Positions 58,695 through 64,000 of a stretch of DNA of 64,000 nucleotides are shown piece by piece. Source of the DNA: Azolla caroliniana. Taxonomy: Eukaryota > Plantae > Polypodiophyta. The stretch spans positions 11,160,001-11,224,000 of the forward strand of contig JBHGNT010000014.1 of assembly GCA_043228905.1 (NCBI GenBank). Reading direction: 5' to 3'. Position 1 is the first letter of the stretch. The number at the start of each line of letters is the position of its first letter. A program made the position numbers and the translations under genes. The notes below the pieces were generated by a model. That model was not told the DNA's origin. It did no database searches and saw only the letters and a list, made by a program, of their open reading frames with translations.

Positions 58695-61040
58695 TCATGG
58701 TGTCGTCCGTGGACTGGTCCGTGTCGTGAGACTCGGTGAAAGGATTCTCTGGGGTATTTCTGTGGTAGGTCGAAGTCGGAATCCGTTTACCCAGCTTTTG
58801 ACGATGTCTCCGGCAAGTGTGCCAAGTTGCAATGTGCCATTAAACTCGTCAATTATCCAGAAGGGGCCTATCCATCGGAATCGCAATTTCCCTGGCATAG
58901 CACCGAGTCGTGTTTGGAAGACCAGTACCGGTTTGCCGATGTTAAGTGTTCTCTCTGTACCTTTCCGGTGACGATCGACGAAGGCTTTGCATTTTCGTTG
59001 GTGTTGTTCCAGTTGAGCCATGCTGCCCACTCAATGTTCGCCGAGTTCAAGGAATTTTTCGAGCCAATATTGCTTAGATTGGGCCTCGGGTAGCCTTTCC
59101 TTAACCTGAACTCGGAGACTCGGAACTTGGAACTCGATCGGCATGACTGCTTCCAAACCAAAGGCCATATGAAAGGGTGTAGATAGAATGCTAGTTTTAA
59201 ACGTGGTGCGATACGCCCATAATGCACTTTGGAGCTTGTCATCCCAATCGGTGTAGTTCATATTGACGATCTCTTTCAGGATTGTTTGCAAAATTTTATT
59301 AGTAGATTCCGCCAATCCGTTTGCCTGAGGATAGTACGGTGTACTTTTCTTATGTACGACCGCGTAGTGTGTAGTGAGCTCATGAATTATGTGGTTTATA
59401 AAATGCCCGCCTTGGTCACTAATGAGCTCGATTGGGCATCCATATCGACACCATAGATGTTCGTATACGAATTTTGTTGTGGATGTAGCCGTGTTGTCCC
59501 ATAGTGCCTTAGCCTCGACCCATTTTGTGCAATAGTCCGTGGCCACGATTATGTATTTGTTACCGGTGCGAGCCGCGGCTGGTTTGAAAGGTCCCACAAA
59601 ATCTAATCCGCACTTTTGAAATGGCTCTAACGGGAGAATGGGTTGGTGCGGCATCCGGGCTTGCTCGGTCGGTTGTCCCATGCGTTGACACAAATCTCAT
59701 TGTCGATAGAATTCATGAGCATCTTTTTTTGTTGTAGGCCACCATAAGCCACTCTGCCATATTTTTCTTGTCGTGGCCTCTCCAGTGTAATCTCCCCCCA
59801 CGATTCCGTGATGTGCCTCCTGGAGGATTGCGTGTTTCTCAAATTGATGGATTGCACGACGTCAGATGTCATCCGAGCCTTTGTGGTAGAGGGTGTCGGA
59901 GATCAAACAAAAGTTTCGGCTCCTGACAGCTAATCGTTTTCGAGCGTCGAGGGTCAGGTGGTCAGGAGGAAGGCCGGTGCTTAGAAAATGGGACATCTCC
60001 ATGATCCACTCATCTTCATTTTCATCTGGCACCGTTGCGAGACTAAAAAGGGCAGCGTCAGTTAGATCATCGTACGCGGACTTGGTTGTTTCTCCTGACT
60101 CGAGGCGGCTCAGGTAGTCCGCTACGGTGTGTTGGACTCCGGGCCGGTGCTATATCTGAAAATCAAACTCTTGTAGCAGGAGCATCCATCGGGCCAGGCG
60201 ACCTGTGAGGGCCTGCTTATTAACCAAGTAGAGGAGAGCCGAGTGATCGACGTGGAATGTGAATTTCCAGCCCAAGAGGTAATGCCGGAATTTGTTGATG
60301 TTGTAGACCATACCGAGGGCCTCGCGTTCAGTTGTTGCGTAGTTCTTCTCCGCGGCCGAGAGTCGTCGGCTAGCGTAATACACTCGCCGGTACCAATTTG
60401 GTGTTGTGTGTTACATGAGCGCACTACCGATGGCTATATCTGATGCGTCTACGAAGATGTGAAAAGGTTTCGACCAGACTGGTGGCTGTACAACAGGGGC
60501 ATGGGAGAGCATTAACTTCAAGGCTTGGTAAGCCTCGTGTTCTATTGAAGACCACTGAAATGGGAGTCTATGCACAACCACGTGCAATGGAGTCACGAAA
60601 TCGGCTAGGTGTCGTAACATCTGTCTATGCCATCTGATCAGGCCCAGGAATTAGCTGAGAGCCTTCGTGGTACAGGGCGTGGGAGCGTTCAGAATGGCTT
60701 TCACTTTATCCTGGTCCATGGCGATACCTTCCTGGCTGAATATGTGCCCGAGCAGGTTGCCGCTTGTCACCAAGAACGTGCATTTTGCCGGATTTAAGCT
60801 CAACCGAGCTTGCGGACATCGATCGAGACAAAGGCGTCGCTGGGTCATATGCTCCAGCCGCTGGCCATACACGGCAAAGTCGTCGAGGAAAACTTGCATG
60901 AACGTCGGGATATACTCATTGAAAATCTATGTGATGATGCTTTGGAATGTGGCCGGTGCCATTTTTAATTCGAACATTATTACCTCGGCCACGAAGACAC
61001 CCCATTCCGTGACAAACGCCATTTTCTCCTGATCATCCGG
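58695..61040 (-). pseudogene. G2 pol (RT-RNase H-integrase), degenerate
   Basis: Domain motifs in ORFs 60651-60899, 60411-60620, 60150-60383, 59031-59693 and 58695-59030. Confidence 0.88.
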
Positions 61041-61659
61041 TGTTAATCGGCTAATTACTAACTACTACCGATATAGAAGAGTGAACGTCGCTACTCAACG
61101 TTCTAACAAGGAATTGTGTTTTACGAACGGAATTATACTATATTAATCGGTAATTACCGTGATCGTTACTTAGTTATAAACGGGCGTGCAAAAATTCTTC
61201 TGTGTTAATCAGCTAATTACTAACTACTACCGATATAGAAGAGTGAACGTCGCTACTCAATGTTCTAACAAGGAATTGTGTTTTACGAACGGAATTATAC
61301 TATATTAATCGGTAATTACCGTGATCGTTACTTAGTTATAAATTAGGAAGCTTGCACTTAACAACATAGACAATAGAAAGAACACAGAATCCGTACAGGA
61401 TATTCCTAACTTAAACTTATATTACTAAATAAAACGACCTTTCTTACAATGCCTTCGGTTCCCTTTTATAGGTATACCGAAGGTCTTTTCTCATCAAGAA
61501 CTATTCCTACTTACTATCAAGAATTACAAAATTATCTAACTAACTTAGTTCTCTTTGTTCACTGCTGAGTCATTGATCCGAACAGTCGATCCGAACCGAC
61601 TCCGTTTTCGACGCTTTCCCACTTGTTCGGTAAAACTGACTGTCCGGGTCCGGGTAACA

Positions 61660-61702
61660 CTTGGCACGTCCGTGGGCCAGGACCTTGTCCAGCGAACCCA
61701 CG
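61660..61702 (-). other. tRNA-Arg 3'-end-like module (inverted PBS) in place of the PPT, element G3
   Basis: CGTGGGTTCGC-TGGACAAGGTCCT-GGCCCACGGACGTGCCA-AG directly precedes the LTR TG. 34/43 ungapped identity to the G2 module. Confidence 0.75.
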
Positions 61703-61703
61703 C

Positions 61704-63878
61704 CTATTCCTGTAGCTCTTCATCCGAATCGTTCAGAATATCAAAAATCGAAGGCTCTTCTGGCCTTGGATGTATTCCATCTATACCTTCCTCTTCATCT
61801 TCATCTTCATCTGTGTCACAGTCGTCATTCGGAGCAGGTTTTGAATGTTGTGATTCGGTTGGCTGCTCTGGTTCACTTCTTCCGGGAGCTTGAAGACCAG
61901 GAGTCTTGCTGGTTCTTTCGGCTTCGATTTTATCCAACTGGACGGAAGTGCCTATATCATTTTTGTCGAATTCTTGCATAATACGTTGAATTTCTTCTTT
62001 GTAAAATGCCGCAATTTCGTCCATATCTTTCATGATATCCTCTTGGATATTGTCAATATCCTTTTGTGCCATTTTAAAAAAACCTGCACCTTGGACCTGA
62101 CGGTTATTTTTGTCGGCACGCAATAACTGTAATTCCGCCGCTTGTGCCGTCCATAACTTCCATCCTTGCGCAAGGGATTCATCGATCATTTTCTTTGCTA
62201 GGTTTCGATGTTTCCCTATGATGTGCTGCACTTTGTCCCTAGTGATGCTTGCGACGTATTGGGCGGTTTGCAACTCTTTCCGTAAATCCGTAATAGTGGC
62301 TCGGTTTTCACTTTCAGCTCGCATTAGTTTGGATTCGACTACATATATGTCCAGCCGTCTTTGTTCCGATATCTTCCGAATTTCGTCCAGTTGTTGTTCG
62401 AATGCCGATTTCTCTTTGCTCCATTCCTCCTGTTGTTCCGTAATTCTTCTGTTGACTTCTTCAAGACTCCGCTCTTTTTCTGTCAATTGACTTTCTTGTG
62501 ACACTATATACCTTTCGAATTCTTCAATTTGTTCGGTATATGTATGATTGGCCGTCTTAGCTTCTTCTAGATTTTTCTGTAATTCGTTTATTAATTGATT
62601 TTTTTCTTCGAGAACTTTGTATTGACCATTCTGAATGGTTTCTATTTGTTTTTCTAATTCTGTAGTTCGAAATACAGCATTGTTGGCCCTTGTTGTTTCT
62701 GCTTGACGTGCTTTTTCAGCGTCCTCCAATTTCTGCTGCCATTCTGACTCTGACGCCATAGGCCGTGCCTGCGTTTCCCATTTGTTTAGACTTTCTTTTA
62801 GTTCTTTATTTTCTGCTTGTATTTTACAAAACTGATGTTTCAGCACCTCCGCCGATGCTGATACACTTTTGTATCTTTCAGCCATATCACTGGCTGCTTT
62901 GCGTGCCGTTTCATATTCTTTATGAATTTCGACCAGTGCTTCATGTAATGGTGGCATTTCAATAGCCTCTCCTCTATTCTGTGCATTTCTTTTCCGGCCG
63001 ATTTTCTCTATCTCTACTTTTTCTTGAGGTTCCAACACTCCTCGTAAGGCTTTCTGTATCATTATTCGGTCATTATGTTCTTGAGCCAGCCGTTCTGATA
63101 CTTCTGTCAGTCTTTTAGCCAACCATTCAATCAGTTCGTATGAAGTTCCGAACTGTAAAATGGCAGCTAATTCATGTGCTGCTGGTGGAATATCCAAGTA
63201 CCCATGTGCTTCCCGAATTGCTACTTTTGAAGATTGTCCTTGTTGAGGTTGTGTCGAAACGCTCTCATTCCCTGGTTTTATTACTTCTGCTACTACAGGC
63301 GTATTCGAATTTTCCTTTGTGCGTTGCCTTTTCGGTGCTGACCCCTCACTGTTTTCTGGTTGGAATTGCCGATTAGCCTTTTGTTTAATCCTTGTCCTTT
63401 GTCGCATCTTCTCTGCTTGTTGTCGATTTTCTGTCGGCTGTTGCTTGTTTATCAAATTGTCAACTGTTTCTTGTTCGGCTGCTGGTTGCCTGTTTTCGGA
63501 ATTCTCTGGTCTTGGTGGTTCCGACTGAGGCATATTCGATTGTATATTATCGGCATGTGCTGATTCTTCCTCTATCCATTCTTCATGTACTACCTGTCGG
63601 TGTCTTCGCGGTGCTTGTACTATCGGTGGTCTTCTTGACTGAACAGGAGTTTTCGATTCTTGAATCGGAAACAATACCGATAGCCAACGACCAAAAATTT
63701 GCTTCATCGGTTTTCCTGTTTTTACCCCTTGTAGCTGCTCTCTCAGAGCTTCCCCCGACAATAGTGGCCAGTTGAAATCCTCTTTTTCGTATGCGGCTAT
63801 GATAAACCCAGCCCTTTTTTTCGGCATACAATAAAAACGAGGACTGACAAATCCCACCTCTAATAAAAATCTAGCCAC
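61704..63878 (-). CDS. Accessory coiled-coil protein of unknown function (eORF of G3), 724 aa open; frame continues upstream past one stop
   Basis: Long open frame: conserved N-terminal domain, disordered linker, long coiled coil, WTAQAAELQLLRAD motif and acidic tail. Confidence 0.75.
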   Translation of the reverse strand: MARFLLEVGFVSPRFYCMPKKRAGFIIAAYEKEDFNWPLLSGEALREQLQGVKTGKPMKQIFGRWLSVLFPIQESKTPVQSRRPPIVQAPRRHRQVVHEEWIEEESAHADNIQSNMPQSEPPRPENSENRQPAAEQETVDNLINKQQPTENRQQAEKMRQRTRIKQKANRQFQPENSEGSAPKRQRTKENSNTPVVAEVIKPGNESVSTQPQQGQSSKVAIREAHGYLDIPPAAHELAAILQFGTSYELIEWLAKRLTEVSERLAQEHNDRIMIQKALRGVLEPQEKVEIEKIGRKRNAQNRGEAIEMPPLHEALVEIHKEYETARKAASDMAERYKSVSASAEVLKHQFCKIQAENKELKESLNKWETQARPMASESEWQQKLEDAEKARQAETTRANNAVFRTTELEKQIETIQNGQYKVLEEKNQLINELQKNLEEAKTANHTYTEQIEEFERYIVSQESQLTEKERSLEEVNRRITEQQEEWSKEKSAFEQQLDEIRKISEQRRLDIYVVESKLMRAESENRATITDLRKELQTAQYVASITRDKVQHIIGKHRNLAKKMIDESLAQGWKLWTAQAAELQLLRADKNNRQVQGAGFFKMAQKDIDNIQEDIMKDMDEIAAFYKEEIQRIMQEFDKNDIGTSVQLDKIEAERTSKTPGLQAPGRSEPEQPTESQHSKPAPNDDCDTDEDEDEEEGIDGIHPRPEEPSIFDILNDSDEELQE

Positions 63879-64000
63879 TTCATGGAAAAACTCATCCCGA
63901 CCTCCATAAGTCTGATATGCTTTTGCCTAGGGTGAGTATTCCCCGAAATACGATTGGAGTGCTTCTGATGAAGGTTTTTTAACTGCCTCAAAGCCTCCTC

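Larger units (their letters stand above)
54546..61040 (-). mobile_element. Non-chromovirus (Athila/Selgy-like) Gypsy element G2: 3' LTR 54546-55045, accessory ORF, INT, RH, RT; interrupted by G3
   Basis: TGTT...AACA LTR. RT VFLDDF, RH VDASDIAIG and EREALGM, INT GLDFVGPF..ISDQGGHF..NGLAE, GPF motif. Confidence 0.85.
61041..64000 (-). mobile_element. Gypsy element G3 (G2-related), 3' portion: 3' LTR 61203-61659, extra LTR-end copy 61041-61180, accessory ORF
   Basis: LTR TGTTACCC...GATTAACA with minus-strand TATAAAA, inserted in the G2 RT. Shares the eORF and pre-LTR module with G2. No pol inside the window. Confidence 0.8.

Overview
Repeat-rich plant nuclear DNA, probably from a fern or other seed-free plant (inferred from the fern-type PPR-DYW domain and the Gypsy lineages). 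It holds two host genes: an intronless PLS-class PPR-E-DYW RNA-editing factor (25441-28086, +) and a 3-exon ZIP Zn/Fe transporter (35673-37840, -) with a perfect ZDRE palindrome in its promoter. The rest is nested Ty1/Copia and Ty3/Gypsy LTR retrotransposons, an L1 LINE remnant, a hAT MITE and a 100-N assembly gap. Main observations: (1) two diverged non-chromovirus Gypsy elements (G2, G3) have no polypurine tract. In its place, 2 nt before the 3' LTR, each carries a conserved 43-nt copy of a tRNA-Arg-like 3' end (T-arm, acceptor strand, CCA, plus an inserted hairpin). This is an inverted PBS and suggests tRNA- or tRNA-mimic-primed plus-strand synthesis. Both elements also share a large unknown accessory ORF. 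(2) A tRNA-Trp-primed Gypsy family (G1) carries an antisense tRNA-derived Pol III unit and covarying hairpins in its LTRs. It has a Gag-only non-autonomous partner that is strongly depleted of CWG and forms a tail-to-tail ~1.4-kb-arm inverted repeat. tRNA identities are from recalled sequences and were not database-checked.
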